A stretch of DNA of 64,000 nt from Sporopachydermia quercuum (lineage: Eukaryota). Position numbers and translations under genes: made by a program. A model generated the notes under the pieces. The model ran no database searches. It had not been told where the DNA came from and was given only the letters and a program-made list of their open reading frames with translations. The stretch's first letter is position 1, and each line of letters begins with the position of its first letter. Positions 47,899 through 59,768 of this stretch are shown one piece after another. The DNA lies in NCBI GenBank assembly GCA_001599295.1, contig BCGN01000001.1, forward strand, positions 1,116,001 to 1,180,000, in the 5' to 3' direction.

Positions 47899-50299
47899 AT
47901 GAATATGGAGGCCAACGTATGTATTGGAGGGATGGATCATAGAATATGCGTTGTTGTAGCTTACTTTGTTATTGTTATCATTGAGTTTTTATAATCAAAG
48001 CTGAATCAAAACCACTGATTAGAAAAATAACTGATATTGAATAATAAAAAGTAGCTGATTGAGATTAGTAGTAGATTCACTGGACTTTGAGTAATCTAAT
48101 CTTCAGGACATACCCTTCTATGGTTAATGAGATTATTTATACTGACATGAGGTTTCCCAACTTTTCATAGGTCACTGGATTCAACAAAATAACAAGTGAA
48201 AACTTGATTGAAACCAATGGAACTCGAATATTGTGTTTAGCTGAAGTCAGAGGTATGTTTTGTTCTTGCTTAGCAATTATTCTTGTTCTCAACGATAATT
48301 GCAACCTTAGCAATTGAGAGGATTTTCTAGTGTATCCTATTTGTGTATCATATTCTATTTTATATGAAGAGTTGATTTGGACTAACTAACTGTTTGTTTT
48401 ACAGGAAATCTCACAAAGATAAATGAATTGGCAGCCCAACATAATGCCGATGTTGTGATTCATACAGGAAACTTTGGATTCTTCGATGATGAGTCAGTTG
48501 GAAGAATTCATGACTCTTATTTGCGACATATTGCTGCATTTGCATCTACAGTTGAACGACATGTGTTATCAAAAGTCAATGAATTATCCAGGATTGGTTT
48601 AGAAAAAGATAAATCGGGCACAGCCTCTTTTAGTGGATCCAATAATGAGTTAAAGAAAGCTCTTAGTGGGTCCAGATTATCTGAACTCCCATTATTTTTA
48701 GCAAAGAAAGAGAAGTTCAACGTACCCGTATATACAATATATGGAGTGGCAGAAGACAGTATAGTGGTTAACAAGTTTAGAGATGGTGCTTATCACGTTG
48801 ATAATCTTTATCTTATTGATGAGTGTAGAGTGCAAACTATAAAGTCGAAAAGTGGCCTTAAGATCAGTTTATTTGGTTTAGGTGGTACTCTATTAAAACA
48901 TAAGTTATTTCACCATGGATCGACAGAAATACTGTCAAAACGGTCAATTATGTGCGCAGGAGGTGATCCTGGAAACATGTGGATAACAGCATTACAAATC
49001 GGTGAACTAATCAGAACAGTTAACAATAATTTTGATAAAGAAGCTGTTCAGATATTTGTTACTCATCCTTCACCATCACGTGAATGTTTACTAGGCCAAC
49101 TTGCTGTACTGTTACGAACGGATTACACTATCTCCAACTCGTTACATTTCTTCTATCCTAGCAGTTTCAATGAATTGAGTGTTAATCCAACGTTTGATCA
49201 TTATAAGACAAAACTAGCTGAAGCCAGACAAGAGTTCACAACAGTATGGAATACAGTTAGAGAACCGGTAATTCGGCTTATGGCTAGAAACTCTGAGTTG
49301 AAAAAGTTGATGTCATTAGCTTTGGACGCTTTTGATCGAATCCCCACTGTAACAAGAGGTAACCCTGAACCCATAAATCTATTAGATGGCCCTAAATATC
49401 CTGGCGTGTCTGCTGTATCCGATATAGCATGTTTCAGGAAAGAAAGCGATAATCATTACCTTGCATTCCAAAACCTTTGGCATTTCAACTTAGGAGATGT
49501 CCCAATCAGCTCACTTGTTATTGATGTAACTAATAACAAGTTTCAGCTTGAAATCAAATCGCAGGGGTTTGATTTTAGTCACAGGACTAAAAATCCCGGA
49601 TCCAGCGATAAGTCATTTTCTTCATTGTCTAATAAAACTACTCCAACCCATAATAATGCTCTCTCTACTAGTCGTACAGCTTCTGGAAATGGAATACTGC
49701 TTGATAACAGCATAAACAATATTAGTCCACCAGTAAAGAGCAAATCACCAGGAAGCAGACCTGTCAGAAAGCCGGAAAGTCAACGAGGAACATATAATAG
49801 CGATCTTATTAAGAATAGTGAAGCACCAACAGAGAAAAGAGAAGAAAAGTCAAAGGAAAAATCAAGGGAATCAGAAGGATCATCATTTGACGATACCCTA
49901 GTCAAGACTCAATCACAGCCGGGAGTCTGGATTTCTAACGCCAATGGTTTGTCAGGCGCAGATGAGGAACAACATGAGAAGATCAAACTCTATTTTGATG
50001 AACTGGACCGTCCTAATATCAAGGAAGTTCTTATCAAGTCTTTCTCATCATCAATACCGCCAGGAATGACTACAGATAAAAGTGGTAATATTGTACCAGC
50101 ACCACCAAGAAAATTTGCTTTAGTTTACTTCAAGGATCTGGAAAGTGCTGAACANGCATTACGACGAGTCGATCTGGAAAAAGCTAAGAAAGCGGCATTG
50201 ATTGATGAATCTACAACGTTAGCGAATAGAAGCAGGAAACATTTTTCCACTAGAGGTTCTCGTGGTTCTAGAGGAAGAGGCCGCCCAGGAAGAAATTAA
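47899..50299 (+). CDS. Fungal calcineurin-like phosphoesterase-fold (DUF2433-type) protein with RRM-like and RG tail; exons 47899-47916, 48171-48252 and 48405-50299
   Basis: Two GTATGT introns restore RILCLAEVRGNLTKINELA...VIHTGNFGFFD, 664 aa. C-terminal RKFALVYFKDLESAE.AL and RGSRGSRGRGR. Confidence 0.8.
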
Positions 50300-51041
50300 T
50301 CTCTTTCATGACTATCGTGCTATATACTATATTCGTATGAATACCGATAAAATTAATCTCTACCTTGTACGAAATTTATCTATAGTATTAATGAGATTCC
50401 AGCTTTGATAGCTATGGAAAAAAGAATCAACTAAGCATCGTACTTTTTATTTGTATGAGCACGAAGTTTGACTTAGAAAATACGAGATGCGATAATCTTA
50501 GCTGAAGTCGCACTTCGAAAGAACTTCTCAACAATTTGGATGTAGATTAAATGTAGATTAATAATATAATGCACATCTTGCGAAACAGGGACTTATTGTG
50601 ATAGGTAATGAAGTCTCTTATGAAGGGGAATAGAAGGGGAAACTTCTATTTTGACGAAATTAATAAATCTATGCGATATCCCATCACTTTCTATGCGAGA
50701 TCGTCCCAGATACAAATATAATACAGTCATCATTCTACCAATTTTGAACCTTCAACCAGTAAATCAAATCTAATGATTATTAACACCTATAAGAAAAGAA
50801 TTGAACCGGCGCCGAATACAGACCAGTTTATATAAATAATGCACCATGAACTCCCAGAACTACAGGTTCCGTAATATATGTTTCTTTTTGTTACTTCTTC
50901 TACTAATACTACCACCATNATCACAATCACCATTAACAATTGCTTTGAATGGACATCTTAATCATCTTTCTGAATATCTCAATGATCTGACCAAACAAAA
51001 TGCCTTTATAACCTACAAAATCCACCGATGATCCTTACTCT

Positions 51042-51365
51042 TCAATGTTCAGCTTCTCCATGTGCTGAGTGATCTCCATGTTCCTCTCCGTGNCCATGTC
51101 CACCATGATGTAGTTCCCAAGGATGTTTCATACCCTACGTTGAATGATTACGTTAGTTTCTTATCTACCACTCCTACCTAGCTGAATCTCACCTAAAAAA
51201 CCCAGGAATACTTACAAACATAACAGGACCGTCTTCTTTGACTCGGTATAGAATCCAGAACCACATAGTAGCACCTAAGAGCTTAGCAGTGTAAGCGTAA
51301 AACTTAGGAACATGAGGTAATGGTGGGGGAGCATGAGGCTTATAATGAACATGATGACCTCCCAT
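51042..51365 (-). CDS. NDUFB2: Complex I accessory subunit NDUFB2 (AGGG)-like; exons 51365-51216 and 51134-51042
   Basis: Intron GTAAGT...AACTAAC...TAG (81 nt). 80 aa with the signature LGATMWFWILYRVKEDGPVMF|GMKHPWE. Absent from the ORF track. Confidence 0.9.
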
Positions 51366-52047
51366 TGTGCGTATAGTAGTATATTGACTGATATTATATT
51401 CCTATATTTCGGTTCAATACCAGTGCTGATTACGTTAATATAAATAACAGTAGATGCCGGTAATTTATTCTATTGTTGTATCGTATATTTGTAGCCATAA
51501 AGCCTATTCNATTTCACATATTTTGTAAGGTAAGTCAATAAGCATTATTTCATTGGAAGGATATAAAGGCTTCAGCCGGGTAACTGTAGTTCATAGGTAA
51601 TCTGGATCACTATAATGAAGAAGGGCAGTCCTGAGATCAGTGGAAATTGCACCTATACACCTCAATGATATTCATGTATAAATATACAGAAAGATGCAGG
51701 GAGAGATATGTGGATAAGGCGAAGGAAGAAACAAAAAGGAATAGAAAGAGAGAAGGATAACTTCTATCCTTATTGGATTTACTGCCAGATAGACTGCTGG
51801 ATCAANTAATAAGAAGAAATCAGATTTTGCAATTGAAGTGAACGATCNTCTAATCAATTTGTTAATAATTCACAGTGATTCTTGACATGTTGGCCACCGT
51901 TCATTCTCTCTATCCATTGTCAACTCCAGTGCCATACTACCTATGCGATGCTTGAAAAATAACAGACTATTCATTGCATACCAAAGCATATTAATAAAAC
52001 AATAAAAAATACGTCATTCATTAGATTAATTAAATGTATATATATTT

Positions 52048-52267
52048 GACCGCCGACCCTCCATAAAAAATTTAAATGTGTGTTGAAGACATTAATTCGT
52101 AGTTATAAGTTTGAGAAAAATGTAAGAATTATTAACATGATAATTGACAAATATAGATAAGAGTAGATATGCAACACTCAGATCTATCACTAAAAATATA
52201 ATTCCAATTGGAACGACATTATACATCATGCCGTTGCTTAAATATGACCACCAGACCCTCCATAAAA
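52048..52267. repeat. Dispersed direct repeat GACCRCC(A)GACCCTCCATAAAA x2
   Basis: Exact 14-mer at 52055-52068 and 52254-52267 with a similar 5' flank; downstream of the MFS gene. Confidence 0.8.
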
Positions 52268-52362
52268 TATTGATATCAAATAAATCAACAGGAAATCTAA
52301 GGATTTCCTTTGACAGTACAGAAATCGTAATGATGCTATCAACATCACTATTGAATCAAACA

Positions 52363-54099
52363 TTACGCGATCGATTCTTCGGTTGTATTAACTTCTGAAG
52401 CAGGAGTTTCCTCATCGCGCTTTTCTTCCATTTCAGGAGCGTAAAAAGTATACTTCGAAGCTTTTCTAAGTCGTTCACCATAACAATACAGAAGATAGAA
52501 CAATCCAGTAAGAACGGTACTAACGATTGCAAGCATAGTACAGCCCCAGTTCACACCCATTGCATCGTACATTTGGTAGGCAAATAAAGGAAAAGCAAAA
52601 CCAAATAATGCCCTCACCGCACCATTCATAGCTAAGACTGATGCTTCATTACCAGGATAAATAATTGGTAAATAGACCATAAGACATTGAAACAACAATA
52701 CTAGACCCGGAACATAAAAGGCTGCACCAACAATTGAAACCATCCAGTGGACATCCGGATTCGCACTCCATCCAAACATAAGTAATGATACAGGGATACA
52801 TAAACTTGCAATAACTGCTGGTAACAATCGTTCTTCAGGCCTGAGAAATCCATATTTTTCCATCTTAGGGTTCACGACTTTTTTTGCATAAATCCAAGTA
52901 ACCAAACCTGCTACAGCTGCACCAACAACTTGTCCTAAGAAAGGTAAACCTAATTCACCTAAACTAAATCCATATTTTCCTTGATAGACGATGGGAAAAG
53001 CTTCAAACCAAAGGTAGAATGTACCATAAGCAAGACCCAAATAAAAATTGCAGAAGAGAAGAATTGGATCAAGAGAAATAACAAAAGGTTTATACAAAGC
53101 TTGAAGGATAATCTGTAAATCTCCTTGTTTCTTTTCTTCGATTTCAGCTTTACAAGTAATGTTAGTCATACCAGTGATTCTCCTTAGTCTTTTGGCTTTA
53201 TTTGTTAGCACAGCATCAGTGAGCGTTTCTGATGAAAGTAAGTATGTCATTAAGAATGCAACTCCTATCATTATTAGAAACAAGTATAATGGCCAAAGGT
53301 AATTCAGATTCATTGCCAGGTAACCNCCAAACAATGGAGCAAAAGACGGTCCAAGATTGATAGCTATATCCCATGGGATAATAGCAAATGGTAGACTTTG
53401 TTCATCATACATATCGTTTAAAGTAGCAGGAGCAGATGCAATAGCATTAGAACCAAGAAATCCTGTCAAAAATCGCATGAACATCAAACAATGATAATTA
53501 TGAACAAAACATGCAACTATCTGGAAGATAAATGCACCAAATGCCGTCCAAACATAAATCCCACTTCGACCAATGGATGGAATCTCTGACAGTGGTGAGA
53601 ATATCAATGGTCCTAAACCGTATCCTAAAACGTAGGAACTGATACCTAAAGCAGCTCCTGTATACCCAACATTATATGTTTCCATTATACCCTCGACAGA
53701 TGGAGTGATGATAGAGGAACCGAAATAAAAGACAAATGATAATAAACTCATGAGAAACACGTGCAGTTTCTTCTTTGTTGGAGACCAGTTTCGTGGATTT
53801 TCAGTATCATCTTCAGAGTAATAATCGATAACTAACAATTCTGACTTCTCTTCAGCATTCGATTCAGCTTCATCAATTTGTTCATCTTGCTCTTCTCTTG
53901 CGGTTACTACCTCCACGTCTTTTTCAAACAATTCTCCTTGACGTAAGACAGGTTTAGTATATCCTTTTTTCAATGTTTGTAAATATTCATTAACATCAAA
54001 ATCTGGCTCCTCTTCCTTGAATAAAAACACTTTATAGCCAGACATACGTCTGACAAATAGACCAAACTCGGTTTCTCTTAGAATATTTGTCCAGCCCAT
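52363..54099 (-). CDS. MFS drug:H+ antiporter, DHA1 family (Flr1/Mdr1/Tpo-like)
   Basis: DTENPRNWS, GYGLGPLIFSPLSEIPSIGR, PEERL, about 12 hydrophobic segments, 578 aa. Confidence 0.92.
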   Translation of the reverse strand: MGWTNILRETEFGLFVRRMSGYKVFLFKEEEPDFDVNEYLQTLKKGYTKPVLRQGELFEKDVEVVTAREEQDEQIDEAESNAEEKSELLVIDYYSEDDTENPRNWSPTKKKLHVFLMSLLSFVFYFGSSIITPSVEGIMETYNVGYTGAALGISSYVLGYGLGPLIFSPLSEIPSIGRSGIYVWTAFGAFIFQIVACFVHNYHCLMFMRFLTGFLGSNAIASAPATLNDMYDEQSLPFAIIPWDIAINLGPSFAPLFXGYLAMNLNYLWPLYLFLIMIGVAFLMTYLLSSETLTDAVLTNKAKRLRRITGMTNITCKAEIEEKKQGDLQIILQALYKPFVISLDPILLFCNFYLGLAYGTFYLWFEAFPIVYQGKYGFSLGELGLPFLGQVVGAAVAGLVTWIYAKKVVNPKMEKYGFLRPEERLLPAVIASLCIPVSLLMFGWSANPDVHWMVSIVGAAFYVPGLVLLFQCLMVYLPIIYPGNEASVLAMNGAVRALFGFAFPLFAYQMYDAMGVNWGCTMLAIVSTVLTGLFYLLYCYGERLRKASKYTFYAPEMEEKRDEETPASEVNTTEESIA

Positions 54100-54999
54100 G
54101 GTGAATAGCGATTTGATGTACTATACTAAACTCTCCATATGGTTATATATCAACTGAAACAGTACTTCGTTGTAACTTCTCGGAAACCTGTTGCTGTTTT
54201 TCGCTTTTTATCCTAATAGCTTTTAAAGAAAACCTATCTTTTGGATCTTGCCTATTGTAGTACTTTCAGCAATTGTACCTGATGATCCTAGTATCTTTTT
54301 TTTTTCTTTTTTTTTGTTAACTCTTTAGCCAACAGCAATATTCAAGTTCCCTCTTCTGCGAATTGGACACTTTTTTCTTTATATATAAGATTTTCTTTTA
54401 TTCAAATATGTTAAGTAAAAATTATTCCAAACAGAAACCCTCCTCTTCCAGCAAGTAAATTCATTTATTATATACCATTAATAATAAATATAACAAACCA
54501 AGGAACTTTATGTTTAAGTTGTTACGTACAGAATGTTTGGATTGTCGTACAAACTCTTCTCAATAAAGTTAAATAAGTTTTTTTAAGGAGCTTATTAATT
54601 TACACCGCTACTAACTTGAGATGCTCTGAATAGGTACAGGGAAGGTATTGAGTTGAAGAGGACGATGAGGATGATGATGAGAAAGATGAAGAAGAGATAA
54701 GTCAAAAGTTGGGGGTCTGGATGGGAGACGAGTTTTGCTGGTAAGTGATTCCATGGAAGTATTGTTTCTAGGGTAAGTAACAAGGAAGAAATATCAACTC
54801 ACTCATTAGTTTATATTTGGTTTTAGGCGGCAACAGAGTGATGTAAACAGTTGATTAGTAAGGAGTAGTAAAGAGAATATTATGATAATACGAGATACGA
54901 CAACGTCAAGAAAGAAATCTGATTTATAAGCTTGTCCATTTCTAGTTTGTANATTCGTAGAGCCAGAATTTTTGTGGATAAAAAAAGAAATATCATCTT

Positions 55000-55960
55000 A
55001 TATGCTATTCGCAACCGATCATGATTTAGTCGTATTCTATACGAGCAGAAGCAGGACTTAATAATACAGCGCTAATTCGATCAAAACAGGGAGACTTTCG
55101 CTAAATGGATAACATCAATTGAATTATATTTTGTGGTGGCAGATAAACAAAAGCCTTCCAGTAGCTCATTAACAAACACTTTCAGTAGTAAACTCTACTC
55201 AGTTCTTTGATATTTTTCGATTTTTGGGTATATTTTTATTTTCCTTTCAGAAAGGAACGGGCCTCAGCGGGGCACCCAATGATTCTGTTGTCGCTCTCCA
55301 ACAAACGAGTACTTTATTAGAATTAAGATATTCTATTTAATATGGTCATTAAACCAGTACTATGATTAGTCAGAATAACATTCTACCAAGACTTTTATCA
55401 GGGAAAAAAACAATCCTTTTGAAAATACTGATGAGTCAAATCTTTCATCAAATTTACTACATTGAATTCCTCCATAGCTCACTCCTCCCATCGTTTTCTT
55501 TGAGTTTTTTGTCTGAATTTTGAATGGAAAACAGACACTGTAACTCTTTCCTATTCTTTTGCTCATGATGTAATTCTTCGGTCAGCATTTCTTAGGACCA
55601 GCAAGCACCTAAATATATTCAGTTTTCCTTATCATACAGCTAATAGTCATCAGTTTCTCAATTGATCTTAGGCCAGGTAAGATAGTAAGAGGATTAACAT
55701 TTCACTTACCTGTAGCCAAGTGGGAATTACCGCTACGTACAGATATTTTCAATTTCCTTAAATAGACAAACCACATAAATAGAGAAAACCCGCGCAATAG
55801 TTTCCTCAATTGATTGACAGACCCTCAAAATAAAAGTCAAATATTAGAAACTGAATCCCCTGTTATGTGAGGTAGTGAACATTGGATCTCTTTTCAGGCT
55901 AATGACTTGAACTTAAAGGGTTGGGAATTGGATATGCTCGTGACAAAGATCCAGAGAGGA
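55000..55960 (+). ncRNA. Candidate structured ncRNA (block E)
   Basis: Multi-branch unit 55224-55229/55274-55279 holding 55241-55257 and 55261-55273. Further helices 55674-55681/55705-55712 and 55883-55889/55947-55953. Confidence 0.25.
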
Positions 55961-56879
55961 AGCGAGAGAGGAAAATAGTACGAATATACAAGGTTCAAAG
56001 TAATGGTCCACATTTTCAGGAAATCAACTAATTATTTGAGTGCTTTTTAGACGATACACTTTCATCTGGCATCTGTTACCTGGTAATACTTGTATTTCTG
56101 TCGCTCTTCTTAAACTTACACCTACATGATGTCTCACTTCAAGCGAGGTCTTGAAGTCTTCAGGTCACCCTGGGACAAAAGGAGGGTTACAATCGGGATC
56201 ATTTGATGATTACTTAAACATCTTTTTAGAATATTGGAACGGACATGAGCAAAGTGATATGGGCCCAAACGATGTGTTCTACTGATGAATGATAAGGGAT
56301 AATATTGTAAACAGCATTCATTGATATTGAGAACAAGTGGGCGATGATCAATTCTCAAATAAGCTGTACACTAATATCAAGAAGAAATCTGTTGCATTTA
56401 ATANTTATTTCAAGTGTTCTACTGGATATCATCAGTCATCGCAACAAGCAAGTAAGCCATCACAATAGTGTAGCTAATTGAAGAAGGAAGACTCATATTG
56501 ACGAACAGAACTGATTACTACTTCGTATTCAATTTTAATGATCATTGCATGCCTTCATTTGTGTTTAGGATTGAGATATTATTGAAATTTTGGTGTGAGT
56601 TACAAGTTTCGCCATTTAACAAATTGGAGACATTACTAATATTAGGGTAGTCTCACAAGGCAGAAGATATTTGGCTTCTGAGGATTTATTTTTCGCTTCA
56701 TCGAGTTTAATCATTTGAGAGAAGTTAACAGCTGAAAACCTGATACCTTGGTCTTTATTCGCCATTTTGATAGAAGATAATGAACCAACTTTCGTAATTT
56801 CAAGAAAGAATATCAACATAGCCATATAGAAAGTGATCCAGTAACTATCGTACAACCAATAGTAAGTAAATGAGCTGCA

Positions 56880-59768
56880 ATGAGTGATCAGCAAATTTAT
56901 ACAGCCACGTACTCGGGTGTGCCTGTATATGAATTTTCTGTGAAAGGAAATGCTGTGATGAGAAGGAAAGAAGATGGTTGGGTAAACGCTACCCATATCC
57001 TTAAAGTCGCAGACTTCCCGAAACCTCATCGGACAAGAATTCTAGAAAGAGATGTTCAAAAAGGNGAACATGAAAAGGTTCAAGGTGGCTATGGTAAATA
57101 CCAAGGCACTTGGGTGCCATTAGAGAAGGCCAAACAGATAGCTACCCAGTTCAATGTATATCACTTGCTGGAGCCTTTATTCAGATTTGAAACATCGGAG
57201 GAACTATCTGGCTTACTTCCCGTACCAAAGAAGTCCAATTCCGCTGCTAAGAAGGAAAAATCCGCGAGTCAGAATGCTGCAAAAGCAGTAACAGCTAGAG
57301 CAGCAAGGGCCAGAGATTCAAATGTTGGTTTAAATGCTGCTGTTGTATCTAAGGATGTCTCTTTAGTCGAAGACAATGGAGAAAAGAAGAAAAGGGGAAG
57401 AAAGAAAACTTCTGCTGTAGAGGATTTATCAGATCCTCAGCCTAAACGGAAATATAATCGTAGAACAAAAGCTTCTGGANATCTTTCAGACAACTATATC
57501 AGCTTGGCGACATCACAGCAACAGATAGCTCAAAAAAATAACTCTAGTTTTGTCGATACATCTATTATATCCAACACACAGAACGACAGTATGATCTCAT
57601 ACGGTTCAAGCTTTAGACAAAGACAAGATGACGAGCTGAGTTCAACAGGAACAATCCCTGATTCCAAAATTGATGAAAGTACTGAATATGATAATAGAGA
57701 CAACCATATAATGCTTAGCCAACAGGATCAGCACCAACATCAATATCAACAGCAGCTACGGCAGCATCAGCGGCATCAACTCCAACCAAATCAACCACAG
57801 CAACTTAATAATGATTCAGACTCAGTATCTGGGTCTTATCAATCATCATCTCCAAGTGAATTTATGTCTGATGATGATTTAGATGCAGCACTGAAAACTC
57901 CACAGTCCATAACCAGATTACAATACTTACAGCAACAAGCCCAGGCACAACAAGAGCTGCAACACCAATTACAACGTCGACATGAACATGAACATTCAGC
58001 ACTTTTACCTGTCAATTATTCACAGCAACAAATATCCGATGGAGCTAATGAGAATGAGAGTTTTGTCTCGTCCTCAAAATCGTCTGACCAGGTATATGAA
58101 CAATCTAATCGCAATACCAATGAATCATCAACAAAACAAAGATCTTTACCACAGGTGAAATATAGACATCCTGGTACTTATGATCAAGGCAAAGAATATG
58201 CTAATCGTTTACTTGATTTCTTTCTCACTTCTGAAGATGATATTGTACCGGATTTTCTTCTGCATCCGCCAGAGTCATTTGACGTCAACCAAGTTATTGA
58301 TGAACAAAATCATACAGCTTTCCATTGGGCATGCGCTATAGGGAACCTGCGAGTGGTAGAGATTTTGTTAAACTCTGGTGCTAACATTCATGCGTTGAAC
58401 AACGAAGGGCAAACTCCATTAGTAAGGGCAGTTGTGTTCAGTAATGCTTATGAGAAAAGAACTTTCGCTAAATTAGTAGATTGGCTACGAGATTCGCTAA
58501 CATTTATTGATCGACAAAACAGAAGAACAATTTTCCACCATATTGCACTAGCCACTAACGTGCGACCAAAACTTGCTGCTGCAAGGTACTATATGGAAAT
58601 TGTTTTGGGGAAACTCAGCGAGTTTCAACCCTTCGAAGTGATAACGAACTTGGTAAATGAACAGGATATTAATGGCGATACTCCTTTGCATATATGTGCT
58701 AGAAATGGAGCAAAGAAATGTCTTAAAGTGTTACTTAGTTATGGAGCTAAAGATGATATCGAAAACAATAATGGTCAAACCGCTTTACATGAGATTACTA
58801 AAAATTATAATGAACTGCTAAACACTCCTATTCAAGGGCTAGAACCAGGAAGACTGCATGTATTGGAAGGCCTTATACAGAAGAAAAATAGTGTCAGTAG
58901 TAGTAAAAGCAAAGGAAAGAGTAGCTCGGGGTCTCAATTCGGCAAGATTCTTACTTATAATGCCAGTTTGAATAATAGTATTAGTTCATCGGCTATGGGA
59001 GGAGTTGATACCAGAATTGGAACTATGGCGATTGCAGAACCCAGATTATCAGAAACAGCTATGAAGGTTACTCAAACATTGGTTCCTGAATTTATGGATA
59101 TGTTCAATAGTTTGGTTGTTTCTTTTGATGAAGAAATGCTGCTCAAGAATAACGATGTTGATGAAGTTCGACGTATGCTCACTAATATGAATAATGAATA
59201 TGAAGCTACCCAAAGCTGNGTTAAGAAAGAGTTTATCGATAAGTATTTAGCAGGAGAACTGGACTATGGAGGTAGTTCCAGCAATAACGAGAACGAAATT
59301 GAAACTGTGGAAGGCAATGGTAATAGTAAGAAGAATAGAGACAGTATGGAAAAGATAACAGCAGTATTAGAATCAATTATTGGAAAAGAACAAAAAAAAG
59401 TGGGTGAAAAAATGAAGACTCTGTCCACTTTAGTTGAAAAACGACAGAAGCAAGAATTAGATAGGACAATCAAGAATCAATTAAAGATATCTGAAGATAA
59501 AGATGTTATGGATGTTGATGTAAAAAACGATTCCAAGGAAAATATAATAGAAAATGTTAATTTAGCTGTTGTGTTGAGTGAACTACAACTAGAAAGGAAG
59601 ACTATAGTGAAGGATATCGTTGACTTATATGCGGGAGCAGGAGGAGTTGGTAATAAGATGAACCAATACAGAAGACTAATTTCTGTATCTTGTGGAGTTC
59701 CACCTGAGGATCTTGATGAATTATTGGATGGAATTGCTCAGGCCTTAACGGAAGAAACTGGCAGTTAG
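56880..59768 (+). CDS. MBP1: G1/S transcription factor Mbp1/Swi4/Res family (APSES/KilA-N, ankyrin repeats, coiled coil)
   Basis: [14 protein letters not shown]...[19 protein letters not shown]...[18 protein letters not shown]. Ankyrin segments [11 protein letters not shown] and [13 protein letters not shown]-terminal [10 protein letters not shown]. The MBP1 versus SWI4 call is tentative. Confidence 0.85.
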   Translation: MSDQQIYTATYSGVPVYEFSVKGNAVMRRKEDGWVNATHILKVADFPKPHRTRILERDVQKXEHEKVQGGYGKYQGTWVPLEKAKQIATQFNVYHLLEPLFRFETSEELSGLLPVPKKSNSAAKKEKSASQNAAKAVTARAARARDSNVGLNAAVVSKDVSLVEDNGEKKKRGRKKTSAVEDLSDPQPKRKYNRRTKASGXLSDNYISLATSQQQIAQKNNSSFVDTSIISNTQNDSMISYGSSFRQRQDDELSSTGTIPDSKIDESTEYDNRDNHIMLSQQDQHQHQYQQQLRQHQRHQLQPNQPQQLNNDSDSVSGSYQSSSPSEFMSDDDLDAALKTPQSITRLQYLQQQAQAQQELQHQLQRRHEHEHSALLPVNYSQQQISDGANENESFVSSSKSSDQVYEQSNRNTNESSTKQRSLPQVKYRHPGTYDQGKEYANRLLDFFLTSEDDIVPDFLLHPPESFDVNQVIDEQNHTAFHWACAIGNLRVVEILLNSGANIHALNNEGQTPLVRAVVFSNAYEKRTFAKLVDWLRDSLTFIDRQNRRTIFHHIALATNVRPKLAAARYYMEIVLGKLSEFQPFEVITNLVNEQDINGDTPLHICARNGAKKCLKVLLSYGAKDDIENNNGQTALHEITKNYNELLNTPIQGLEPGRLHVLEGLIQKKNSVSSSKSKGKSSSGSQFGKILTYNASLNNSISSSAMGGVDTRIGTMAIAEPRLSETAMKVTQTLVPEFMDMFNSLVVSFDEEMLLKNNDVDEVRRMLTNMNNEYEATQSXVKKEFIDKYLAGELDYGGSSSNNENEIETVEGNGNSKKNRDSMEKITAVLESIIGKEQKKVGEKMKTLSTLVEKRQKQELDRTIKNQLKISEDKDVMDVDVKNDSKENIIENVNLAVVLSELQLERKTIVKDIVDLYAGAGGVGNKMNQYRRLISVSCGVPPEDLDELLDGIAQALTEETGS

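Noticed and set aside
55429..55460. Hammerhead-like CTGATGA (also on the minus strand near 37047)
   Set aside because: No stem II followed by GAAA.
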